A DNA stretch of 64,000 bases from assembly GCA_964392925.1 (NCBI GenBank), contig CAYMRP010000003.1:50786-114785 (forward strand), in the 5' to 3' direction. The position numbers and the translations under genes are program-made. The notes under the pieces were generated by a model. The model did no database searches, had not been told where the DNA came from, and was given only the letters and a program-made list of their open reading frames with translations. Within the stretch, counting starts at the first letter, position 1. Every line of letters begins with the position of its first letter. The stretch comes from an uncultured Gammaproteobacteria bacterium (GTDB taxonomy: Bacteria > Patescibacteriota > Microgenomatia > Daviesbacterales > UBA10151). Of the stretch, positions 55,612 through 63,981 are shown one piece after another.

Positions 55612-56377
55612 ATCAAAATTATTAAAAGTAGCGAAAGAGGCAGCAATAGAAGCGGGTAAAATTGTAAAAAAATATTATCAGTCTGAACTTGCCCTGCAAG
55701 GAAAAGGACATTTTACAAATTTTGCAACTCAAGGGGATATAGAATCTGAAGCCAAAGTAATTGAGATTGTTACCAGAAATTTTCCAGATCACAATATTAT
55801 TGGCGAGGAGTCAGGCAGAGTTGATAATGGTTCGGAGTATTCTTGGGCAATTGATCCAATCGATGGGACGATACCATTTGTTGACGGGATTCCGTTTTTT
55901 GGGGTATCAGTTGGACTTTTGAAAAATAATAAACCATATATAGGAGTTATTAATATGGTTGGTGCAGGTGATATTTACTGGGCTGAAGAAGGGCAAGGCG
56001 CTTTTAAGAACGGGGAGAAAATTCAGGTTAGAAAAAAAGAAGGACTTGAGAATAGTACGATCGCACTTGAATTTGGGCATACAGGGCGAGATAAAAAGAT
56101 TGAGAATCATTTCAGCCCAATTGTTAGCAAGGTTAGATATGTTTATGTGTTTGGTTCAGCGGTTAAATCATTAACATTAATAGCGCAAGGAAATTTGGAC
56201 GGGGCATTTATCAGTGCTTATGTGTGGGATTTTGCAGCGGGGGCAATTTTGGTTCAAGAATCAGGAGGAAAGATAACAACTCCTGAGGGAGGAGAGCCTG
56301 ACTATACAAGAAATCATTTTGAATTGATTTTTAGTAATAATTATATTCATCAAGATTTAGTCAGCATATATAAATAA
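55604..56377 (+). CDS. Inositol monophosphatase-family protein (SuhB/IMPase-like)
   Basis: IGEESG…, WAIDPIDGT, and GGKITT motifs. Confidence 0.75.
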   Translation: MTESKLLKVAKEAAIEAGKIVKKYYQSELALQGKGHFTNFATQGDIESEAKVIEIVTRNFPDHNIIGEESGRVDNGSEYSWAIDPIDGTIPFVDGIPFFGVSVGLLKNNKPYIGVINMVGAGDIYWAEEGQGAFKNGEKIQVRKKEGLENSTIALEFGHTGRDKKIENHFSPIVSKVRYVYVFGSAVKSLTLIAQGNLDGAFISAYVWDFAAGAILVQESGGKITTPEGGEPDYTRNHFELIFSNNYIHQDLVSIYK

Positions 56378-56380
56378 GCT

Positions 56381-56968
56381 ATGTATTTAATAGTCGGTTT
56401 AGGTAATACAGGTGAGAAGTTTAAAAACACCCGACATAATTTGGGGTTTGAAGTTGTTGATGAACTCAGGAAGAAATTGGATTTACCTAATTTTACAAAA
56501 GAAGATAAGTTCAAAGCTGAAGTCACAAAAGGGGAGGATCTCATTTTGGCTAAGCCAGTAACTTTTATGAACTTATCAGGACTGGCTGTGGCACCTCTTG
56601 CTCAATATTTTAAGATTCCTGTTGAAAATATCATTATTGTTCATGATGAACTAGATTTACCGGTTGGTCATATTAAAGTTAGAATTGGCGGCTCAGATGC
56701 AGGACATCATGGAGTTGAATCAGTGATTCAAATGCTTGGAGATGAGAAATTTATTAGAGTTAGATTAGGAATTAGTATTTGGCAAGCAATATCAGGCGAG
56801 CATAAACAAGCGGCTTTTAAAGCTGAAAAGTTTGTAACAGAAGGATTTGAAACGAGTGAAAAATCAAAGGTTAAAGCTATGATTAAAAGAGGAGTGAAGG
56901 CGGTGGAGGCGATTTTGGAGTTAGGTTTAGATAAAGCCCAAAATCAGTATAATGACAAAGGGGTTTAG
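56381..56968 (+). CDS. pth: Peptidyl-tRNA hydrolase
   Basis: MYLIVGLGNTGEKFKNTRHNLGF bacterial Pth signature. Catalytic His in TRHN. Confidence 0.9.
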   Translation: MYLIVGLGNTGEKFKNTRHNLGFEVVDELRKKLDLPNFTKEDKFKAEVTKGEDLILAKPVTFMNLSGLAVAPLAQYFKIPVENIIIVHDELDLPVGHIKVRIGGSDAGHHGVESVIQMLGDEKFIRVRLGISIWQAISGEHKQAAFKAEKFVTEGFETSEKSKVKAMIKRGVKAVEAILELGLDKAQNQYNDKGV

Positions 56969-56989
56969 TACTGATAACCTAATTGGTAG

Positions 56990-58171
56990 ATGTTCTTCTA
57001 TCATTCATTACTTCATAACAAACAATTCCGTTATCTAGGTGCATTCTATACTCATTCAATAGTAAGGCTATTTGCAACTGCGATTTTTCAGATATTCAGC
57101 GGAATTTATATTTATCAAACGTTAATGGGGTTTGGGCTAGATTTTCAAAAAGCCATAGCCACTACAGCCTTGATATTTGGATTAATATTTTTGATTCAGG
57201 CTTTGGCAGTTGCGCCCTCTTTATGGCTAATTGAGAAGAAAGGCTTGAAGTTTGCGGTTTTTTGGGGGAATGCCGCACAGATTTTATGTTATGTATTTTT
57301 GGCATTGGCAGTGTTTGATCCGATATTCTTTTTACTGGCTGCGATTTGTGATGGAATTCAACTATCGCTTTATTGGACTGCTTATCATATTTATTTTGCT
57401 AATCTAACTGATGATGGTAATCAGGGGAAGGAGATGTCATTTAATGCTTCTCTAGCCGCGATAGCAGCAATCGGGGCACCAGCGTTTGGGGGATTGGTGA
57501 TTGCCTTTTTAGGATACGGGGCGGTTTTTGTGGTGATTTCTATTTTGATGGTTGCGGCAATGGTTCCACTGCGGCATTTGCCAAAGCAAGATGATAAGGT
57601 GCCAATGGATATTTTAAAAACACTTCTGGCAATATCGCCAAAGAAAGAGATTAAAAGTTTGGCGGCATACGCAGGGATAGGAGTAGGGCAAATTACAACA
57701 ACTGTATTTTGGCCAATTTTCGCGTTACCGATTGTGGCCGGAGTGGCAGGAATTGGGTTTTTAGGATCTTTGATAGGATTATTTGGTTCGATATCAGCTT
57801 TAATTGTAGGGCTGAGTATAGATAAATTTGGTGTTAGAAGAATTCTAAATATTGTATCACCGCTTGATTCAATTGCTGGACTTATGAGGATGTTTGCGAT
57901 GAGTCCGCTTCAGGTGTTTGGAATATCTACTATTGCTTCAGCTTTTACAGAGAGTCAGTTTATATCGATTGATTCTTTGGCTTATGCGCGCGGCCGTCAT
58001 AGCAACATAGTTGCAATTATAGTGCAAAGAGAGGTAGGATTGGCGGTAGGGAGATTTCTATTTCTACTTGCTATGGGAATTCTCTTTTGGTTTGGGTTAC
58101 CGTTACCGATGATATTTTTAGTGACGGCATTGGTGGTTTTAGCATCAAGACTATATCCTGGAGATAAATAA
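56990..58171 (+). CDS. MFS-type membrane transporter (putative)
   Basis: Ten to twelve hydrophobic helices with a central hydrophilic loop. Start uncertain. Confidence 0.5.
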   Translation: MFFYHSLLHNKQFRYLGAFYTHSIVRLFATAIFQIFSGIYIYQTLMGFGLDFQKAIATTALIFGLIFLIQALAVAPSLWLIEKKGLKFAVFWGNAAQILCYVFLALAVFDPIFFLLAAICDGIQLSLYWTAYHIYFANLTDDGNQGKEMSFNASLAAIAAIGAPAFGGLVIAFLGYGAVFVVISILMVAAMVPLRHLPKQDDKVPMDILKTLLAISPKKEIKSLAAYAGIGVGQITTTVFWPIFALPIVAGVAGIGFLGSLIGLFGSISALIVGLSIDKFGVRRILNIVSPLDSIAGLMRMFAMSPLQVFGISTIASAFTESQFISIDSLAYARGRHSNIVAIIVQREVGLAVGRFLFLLAMGILFWFGLPLPMIFLVTALVVLASRLYPGDK

Positions 58172-58173
58172 AT

Positions 58174-58965
58174 ATGGAGTTACTAATATATATTTTAGTT
58201 TTTACATTTTTAGGCAGTATTGCTTCATTGGTAGGAGGGATTTTTTTGCTGTCAAAAAAAGAACTGGTTGGTAAGATTTCGCATTATTTGTTTTCATTTG
58301 CGGCTGGAGTTTTATTGGGTACGGCTTTTTTTGATCTGCTTCCCGAGGCATTTGCTGAGATTGAACATTTAGCTGAAGAAGGAATTATTGTAGAGACAAA
58401 TATATTTCTTTGGACATTTTTAGGAATTATTGGCTTCTTCTTTTTAGTTAGATTTTTGCACTGGTTTCATCATCATGACGATCATTTTAAAGATGAGCCA
58501 AAACAGACAGTGTCGCTTATTGTAGTCGGAGATACTGTACATAATTTTATAGATGGAATGATAATTGCGGCTTCATTTTTTGTAAGTATTCCGCTGGGTA
58601 TTCTTACAGCTATTGCGGTGGCAATTCATGAGATACCACAAGAGATAGGAGATTTTGCAATTTTAATTAAGAGAGGTCTGCCTAGGAAAAAAATCATTCA
58701 GATTAATTTGATAAGTGCGGCGGCAGCAATGGTAGGAGCGATGCTGGTGTTTATTTTAGGAGAATCAGTCAAGGCTATGCTGCCGATGTTTTTGGCACTG
58801 ACTGCAGGATTCTTTATCTACATAGCGACGGCCGATTTAATCCCTGAGATTCATAAAGAAGATAACCAAAAGGTGGCTTTCATGGAAGCTTTACTACTCG
58901 TAATTGGAGCGCTTACTGTTTATGGTTTGGCAATAATTTTAGAAAGCGCGAATCTTCATGGATAG
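58174..58965 (+). CDS. ZIP-family divalent metal transporter (ZupT-like)
   Basis: HNFIDGMIIAASF and HEIPQEIGDFAIL metal-binding TM motifs. Confidence 0.75.
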   Translation: MELLIYILVFTFLGSIASLVGGIFLLSKKELVGKISHYLFSFAAGVLLGTAFFDLLPEAFAEIEHLAEEGIIVETNIFLWTFLGIIGFFFLVRFLHWFHHHDDHFKDEPKQTVSLIVVGDTVHNFIDGMIIAASFFVSIPLGILTAIAVAIHEIPQEIGDFAILIKRGLPRKKIIQINLISAAAAMVGAMLVFILGESVKAMLPMFLALTAGFFIYIATADLIPEIHKEDNQKVAFMEALLLVIGALTVYGLAIILESANLHG

Positions 58966-59512
58966 TAAAAAAAATTTAAATTCTGATAATCAGATAATAT
59001 CGGCGGTTGATAGTGCAGGTAACTTTATTCGTTATATTTCGAAGGAAGATGGACATACAGGTGAAGGCATTCATCATTTAGCAATTACAGTTTTTATTTT
59101 TAATTCAAAAGGGGAGCTACTTTTACAAAAAAGGAAACATAAGGTATTTGATAATTTTTGGGATAACACAGCGTCAACTCATCAGCTGCATTTGGAAAAT
59201 GGCCATGACGAGAGTGACAAGGAGGCAACTTTACGAACACTGAAAAGAGAGTATGGGATAGAGAATGTTGAACTTGAGAATTTGGGAGGATTTAATTATT
59301 TCGAGAAAATTGGTGGGCTTTGTGAGAATGAGTTTTGCAAATTGTTGATTGGAATTTATGATGGTGAAGTAAATTTAAATCCTGAGGTTGGATATTCGTA
59401 TAAGTGGATTTCAAAAAAAGATTTTATGAGAGAGCTTGAGGAGATACCTGGGGAATATACACCATGGTGTAAAGCAGCAGTAAAGATTCTTCATGATAAA
59501 GGTATTTTGTAA
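58958..59512 (+). CDS. Isopentenyl-diphosphate isomerase type 1-like NUDIX protein, Cys67-to-Ser variant (paralog A)
   Basis: Aligns to E. coli Idi: His ligands kept (IHHLAIT, STH). ENE (Glu114/116), Tyr and Trp161 equivalents present. WTNSVCGHP is WDNTASTHQ here. Confidence 0.55.
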   Translation: MDSKKNLNSDNQIISAVDSAGNFIRYISKEDGHTGEGIHHLAITVFIFNSKGELLLQKRKHKVFDNFWDNTASTHQLHLENGHDESDKEATLRTLKREYGIENVELENLGGFNYFEKIGGLCENEFCKLLIGIYDGEVNLNPEVGYSYKWISKKDFMRELEEIPGEYTPWCKAAVKILHDKGIL

Positions 59513-60051
59513 TGGATCTTGAAGAGGAGTTGGTTGATATTGTTGATGAGCGAAATATTGTTATCGGGCAATCTTCCAGAAGAGAAGCGCATGCTAGAGG
59601 GCATATTCACCGGGCGCTATCCGTATTAGTTTTAAATTCTAAAGGCGAGATATTACTTCAAAAGAGATCTGCTAATAAATCGGTCCATCCCATGTCTTGG
59701 GATTTATCAACCTCAGAGCATGTGTTGAGTGGAGAGAGTTATGAAGATGCGGGATTTAGATCTGTAAAAGAAGAACTCGGTGTTGAGGCAGTTGTAACAA
59801 AAGCTACGGAAATAACTTTGCAGAAAAGGAAATATCAGGTTAAGGGGGAGACGGTTTTTGAGAATGAAATTGTTCTGATGTTAAGGGCGATTCATGACGG
59901 TCCTTTTGAAATAGATCCAGAAGAGGTTAATGAAGTTAAATTTTTTAAAGTGGAAGAAATTGAGCAGATGGTAAAAGGCGGTGAAGACTTCACTACTTGG
60001 TTTTTGGACGAATGGCTGAATGTAAAAAAAGTAGTTAGTTCAATCACATAG
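59512..60051 (+). CDS. IDI-1-like NUDIX protein, also Cys-to-Ser (paralog B)
   Basis: HRALSVLVLNSKGEILLQKR…WDLSTSEHV…ENEIV. Same substitution pattern as paralog A. 1-nt overlap (TAATG). Confidence 0.5.
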   Translation: MDLEEELVDIVDERNIVIGQSSRREAHARGHIHRALSVLVLNSKGEILLQKRSANKSVHPMSWDLSTSEHVLSGESYEDAGFRSVKEELGVEAVVTKATEITLQKRKYQVKGETVFENEIVLMLRAIHDGPFEIDPEEVNEVKFFKVEEIEQMVKGGEDFTTWFLDEWLNVKKVVSSIT

Positions 60052-60300
60052 CTCAATCCGGCTGACGGGAAACGTTAACTCCGGATAAGTGGCTGATTTG
60101 GCGATGCTAGTTGGTATCGATCGAGTAACCTCCAGGTTCCGTTCCGGTAGTTGATCGGGGCGAAGTAAAAATGAGGCTAATTTTGGTACTTCGAATCCTC
60201 TAATTGTAACTTCTCCTGAATCTGAGACGGTAAAGCGGCGGTGTCTCTTTACTATTCTTGATTGAGAAGGAGAGGTGTCGATTTCAGGACTTATTGCCAT
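60040..60300 (-). CDS. Possible small ORF (86 aa) translationally coupled to the MVD-like gene; coding status uncertain
   Basis: Its ATG overlaps the MVD-like TGA (ATGA). No domain. The region is locally GC-elevated and may instead be a structured 3' UTR. Confidence 0.2.
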   Translation of the reverse strand: MAISPEIDTSPSQSRIVKRHRRFTVSDSGEVTIRGFEVPKLASFLLRPDQLPERNLEVTRSIPTSIAKSATYPELTFPVSRIELCD

Positions 60301-61277
60301 CAGAAAAGATGTGTCTTGGACAATCTTACTCCGTCTCCTGGATAATTTACAATAATGTTTTTGACTTCCGAGAGCTCCTTTAAGTTTGCTTTTAAACTTT
60401 CAACATGGTTCTTTTCAACAATTAAATGGACATCCTGGCCGGTGTTGACTGTGAAATAAACAGGAATTCCCTCTTCGCGCCATTTTTTGCAGAGCTTCAT
60501 TAATAAAAGTGAATTGGGCATAAGGTAGATTAAGGCTGGTTTTTGGGTAATATAAATCGAGTGGAGTTCGAGAGCTTCTGATTCAATTAGTTCGCCGAAT
60601 TCTTTAAAGTTTTTTTCTGTTATTAATTTCTTAAGTAGTTCGTTTTTAGCTTTCATTCCTTCTACTCTAATGTTCATGAAAGGGGAGGTGTTGGCTCCTT
60701 CATGGGCATCTGAAGTTGAGATTTCTTTTCTGCCTTCTGAAACAACTGCTACGACATCTGCGATCTCCCAATGGTCTTTTTCAAATATAGTTTTAGCATA
60801 GGAGGTTTCAGAAGTGTCGCCATCTAACCATTCTACAATTCCTGCAGGAATTGAGCGGCAGGCTGATCCGGAGCCTTGTCTGGCAAGTATTGATAATTCT
60901 GATTCAGATAATTCAAGACCAGCAGCATTTGATCCGGCTACTGTTAGGGCTGCAAATCCTGAAGCGGAAGAAGAGAGGCCGGTTCCGGTGGGGAAAGAAT
61001 TTTTTGAAACTACTTTAGCGAAAGTATTTATACCGGCAATTTTTCTAATTCTGTCTAAATGTTTTATAACTTTTGCGGCTTCTTTTTCTCTTTTTTCGTC
61101 ATTTATAGTTATATCATCGGCGGTTAAGTTTTCGTCAAATTCTACAGTGGTGGTAGTTAAAAGATTTGATAAGGACATGGAGATGCTGCCGTTCATCGGC
61201 AGTCTTAAGGTTTCGTCTTTGCGGCCCCAATATTTGGTGAAGGCAATATTGGATGGAGCTATAGCTGTTGATTTCAT
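60300..61277 (-). CDS. Diphosphomevalonate decarboxylase-family protein (MVD/PMD/M3K-like) with non-canonical catalytic-Asp region
   Basis: N-terminal APSNIAFTKYWGRKD, and GSGSACRS. Where MVDs have (Y)FT(M)DAGPN, this protein has VYFTVNTGQDV (Asp->Asn in my alignment). Confidence 0.65.
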   Translation of the reverse strand: MKSTAIAPSNIAFTKYWGRKDETLRLPMNGSISMSLSNLLTTTTVEFDENLTADDITINDEKREKEAAKVIKHLDRIRKIAGINTFAKVVSKNSFPTGTGLSSSASGFAALTVAGSNAAGLELSESELSILARQGSGSACRSIPAGIVEWLDGDTSETSYAKTIFEKDHWEIADVVAVVSEGRKEISTSDAHEGANTSPFMNIRVEGMKAKNELLKKLITEKNFKEFGELIESEALELHSIYITQKPALIYLMPNSLLLMKLCKKWREEGIPVYFTVNTGQDVHLIVEKNHVESLKANLKELSEVKNIIVNYPGDGVRLSKTHLF

Positions 61278-61771
61278 ATTAGGAATCCGTATTCTTTAAG
61301 AGTTATTTTAGATGATTCTGAGAGATCTTCAAAGACTTCTTTTAATTCTTCCCGAGTAAAGAATCTTAGTTCGTCAGTTTCTTCGGGATTAAATTTAAAA
61401 GGGCCATTTGACTGAAGAGTGTAAAGCTTAGTCATTGTTTTGTGAGCAGGATCATCTATTATCATTCTTTTGAGAAAGGCAGGTTTGGCGCTGAGTCTTA
61501 ACTCTTCAAGGATTTCTCTTTCTGCGGCTTCGTCATAGGTTTCTTCTTCACCGACATGTCCGCCTACTGCATTCGACCATTTTCCTGGGTTACTATCTTT
61601 TTTGACACTTCTTTTTTGAAGCATCACTTGTCCTTTCTCGTTAAATACTAAAACTGAAATAGTCCTATGAAGCAGTTTCTTGGTATGGGCTTCCTTTCTG
61701 GGCATGTAATTCATGACGTAATCGTTTTCGTCAACAACAATTACTAATTCTTCGGGATCTGTGTAATTCAT
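61274..61771 (-). CDS. NUDIX hydrolase, IDI-like (paralog C; Cys position is Gly)
   Basis: HRTISVLVFNEKGQVMLQKR…WSNAVGGHVGEEETYDEAAEREILEE is a NUDIX box embedded in an IDI-like N-terminal layout. ATGA overlap with the MVD-like gene. Confidence 0.5.
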   Translation of the reverse strand: MNYTDPEELVIVVDENDYVMNYMPRKEAHTKKLLHRTISVLVFNEKGQVMLQKRSVKKDSNPGKWSNAVGGHVGEEETYDEAAEREILEELRLSAKPAFLKRMIIDDPAHKTMTKLYTLQSNGPFKFNPEETDELRFFTREELKEVFEDLSESSKITLKEYGFLI

Positions 61772-62754
61772 TGCTCAAGTCTAACTCCATCTGTATTTAC
61801 TTCAACTTTTAAAACTTGGCCGCCGGCGTTTTGAATTGCTTGCTGAACTGCCTTGATTCTATTTTCGGGAGCAAGAGCAATCATACAATCGCCGCCGCCG
61901 GCACCCGATAATTTGGCACCAAAAGCTCCGGCATTTCGAACTGCATTGATAATTGAGGAGAGTTTATTGGTGGAAACTCCCAATTGTTCAAGCAGTGTTT
62001 GATTCGAATTCATTAATTCGCCGAGTTTTTTCAGATCATTATGAGCAAAAGCCGCTTTTGCTTCTTCAACAATTTCTTCCATGTTGTTATAAATTTCGTT
62101 TAACTCTGCTTGTTTATTCTCGAAGCGGGCTTTGACTTCTTTGACTATTGTGGCGGTATCGGCTTTGACTCCGGTGTAGCCAACAATGAGTGGTAGATGG
62201 CTAATAGCTAATGGTTGAATGGTTTTGCCGCCGGCTACAAAGTATAAAGTTTCGCCGTATATTGCGGCTGCTAAATCAAAGCCAGATCCTAATCCCTGGA
62301 CATCCAATACCGTTTGATAAGCAAGGTCAAAAATTTCTTTCTGAGTTAGTTCTGGTTTAAATATTTCTGCCAATGCTTTGACCGTACAAACTGCGGATGC
62401 AGAAGAGGAGCCAAAGCCAAAAGTAGACTTAAATTGGGCAACAGTTTCTAATTGAATTCCAGCATGTGGGGGGATAGCAGCGGCGTATTTTTCAAAGAAA
62501 TTTTTAGTTGCGAATTCGACAAATTTTGCACCTTTTGGAATTTCGTCTTCTCCGAGATGAGACATCAGTTTATTGTAATTTTTAATATCAACGTCGGGGG
62601 CATTTAATTTAAAAACTGGTTCATCGTTATAGGAAGCGGTTAGAGAGAGCCTTTGATTTACGGAAGTTACAATACATGGCTTACCGTAAACAACGGCATG
62701 TTCACCAAAAAGCATTAATTTTCCGGGAGCTGAAACTGTAATCTTTTTGTCCAT
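61768..62754 (-). CDS. GHMP kinase, mevalonate-kinase-like paralog (candidate phosphomevalonate kinase or variant)
   Basis: SAPGKLMLFGEHAVVYGKP (MVK motif 1), GFGSSSA (motif 2), GSGFDLAAA (catalytic Asp), KLSGAGGGDC (motif 3). Not ERG8-type. Confidence 0.6.
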   Translation of the reverse strand: MDKKITVSAPGKLMLFGEHAVVYGKPCIVTSVNQRLSLTASYNDEPVFKLNAPDVDIKNYNKLMSHLGEDEIPKGAKFVEFATKNFFEKYAAAIPPHAGIQLETVAQFKSTFGFGSSSASAVCTVKALAEIFKPELTQKEIFDLAYQTVLDVQGLGSGFDLAAAIYGETLYFVAGGKTIQPLAISHLPLIVGYTGVKADTATIVKEVKARFENKQAELNEIYNNMEEIVEEAKAAFAHNDLKKLGELMNSNQTLLEQLGVSTNKLSSIINAVRNAGAFGAKLSGAGGGDCMIALAPENRIKAVQQAIQNAGGQVLKVEVNTDGVRLEQ

Positions 62755-62755
62755 A

Positions 62756-63700
62756 TTAAATAATTCCTGTTTCTGAAATCTGAACTGAATAGTACTTTAA
62801 ATTATTTTCCTTGGCAAATTCTATAAGTATATTTATGTTTTTATGAAAGGCTAAAATCATTCCTGATCCTTTTTTAATTCCTCCAGCTCCAGTTATTTTA
62901 GCGGCTCCTTTTAAGTTCTCGATTTTTGTAATGATATCACGGGTTGTTTCACTAACGACTCCCAAACTTTCTAAATTAGATTCCGATTGTTTAATAATTT
63001 TAAATAATTGAGACTCAGTATTGTTTAATAATGCGTCTTTTAATTGATGTGCTAGAGCTTCCTGACTGTTGATAATTTTATTAAATAAATGTTTGTTTTG
63101 TTTAGCAAAATTTGAAACATGTTCCACCATGTCAGATGTTTTTTCAAGAGGCTTGCCTGAATCGATCAATAGAAATTTTAAAGCAGATTTAGTAGAGATT
63201 CTAGAATAGTCCTCACCTTTTCTAAACCAAATAAGTCCACCATAGACAATTATAGTGTTATCTCCGCCAGAGGGATTTCCTTGAAATATTTTTTCACCCT
63301 CATAAACTAATTGATTTAGTGTTTCGAGGTCACAATTAACATTCAAAAATTTTAGCAGAGCTGAGGTGAAGACTGCGCAAAAAGCGGCGGAGGATCCAAG
63401 GCCTGAACCGATTGGAAGATCATTGTTAAATTTGATTGTGTAGTTTGGAATTGAGGAAAGAGCGAATTTTTTGGTGATTAATTTTTCTAGATTGATTTGG
63501 AATTTTTCGATTGCATCATCATGCTGAATTATGCCAAGGATTTGTTTTTTTTCTGATGAATAGATTCTACCTGTAAATCTTAAATTTATTGCAGCGAGGA
63601 TAGCAGGTTTGCCATAAACGACGCTGTGTTCGCCGATCAGGTGAATTTTTCCGGGGGCTGAAACTTTAATAATATTAGAGGGGTTTGAATTTGATTCCAT
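62756..63700 (-). CDS. Mevalonate kinase-like GHMP kinase
   Basis: KVSAPGKIHLIGEHSVVYGKP, GSGLGSSAA, SGGDNTI (catalytic Asp), KITGAGG. Start taken at MESNSNPSNII. The track ORF extends to 63745 and would overlap the next gene by 71 nt. Confidence 0.7.
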   Translation of the reverse strand: MESNSNPSNIIKVSAPGKIHLIGEHSVVYGKPAILAAINLRFTGRIYSSEKKQILGIIQHDDAIEKFQINLEKLITKKFALSSIPNYTIKFNNDLPIGSGLGSSAAFCAVFTSALLKFLNVNCDLETLNQLVYEGEKIFQGNPSGGDNTIIVYGGLIWFRKGEDYSRISTKSALKFLLIDSGKPLEKTSDMVEHVSNFAKQNKHLFNKIINSQEALAHQLKDALLNNTESQLFKIIKQSESNLESLGVVSETTRDIITKIENLKGAAKITGAGGIKKGSGMILAFHKNINILIEFAKENNLKYYSVQISETGII

Positions 63701-63974
63701 ATTCAATGATGTCGGCGGCCTGAGGTTTGCGGGATCTTCTGACAACTGAAATAACTTTAAGTCCGATTTTTAAATCTGATTCTTCGCAGTCAATTATTTG
63801 AGAGGGTACTTTAGTGCCGTTTTCAAGTTCAATTATACCGGCAAAATATGGTGCTTGATACTCAAAACCAGAGGGAGCGGTGAAGATTTTTGTCCATACT
63901 AAAAGCTTACCTTTTTGAGAAAGGTTTTGATTTAATTTCTTAGTATCCCGCCAATGTTTTACTGGACTGCTCAT
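63675..63974 (-). CDS. DUF35 OB-fold protein (thiolase/HMG-CoA-synthase scaffold family), lacking the N-terminal Zn-ribbon
   Basis: GKLLVWTKIFTAPSGFEYQAPYFAGIIELENGTKVPSQIIDCEESDLKIGLKVISVV aligns closely to archaeal DUF35 OB folds (…VYSFTVVHRAPPGFEPPYIVALVELEEGPRVMTNIVDCDPEEVKIGMEVEVVF). Confidence 0.65.
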   Translation of the reverse strand: MSSPVKHWRDTKKLNQNLSQKGKLLVWTKIFTAPSGFEYQAPYFAGIIELENGTKVPSQIIDCEESDLKIGLKVISVVRRSRKPQAADIIEYGIKFKPL

Positions 63975-63981
63975 ATAATTT

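Noticed and set aside
60052-60299. tRNA-like or tmRNA 3' domain suggested by a TTCGAATCC string
   Set aside because: The flanking arms (GGTAC / CCTCT) do not pair as a T-stem, and no acceptor stem could be built.
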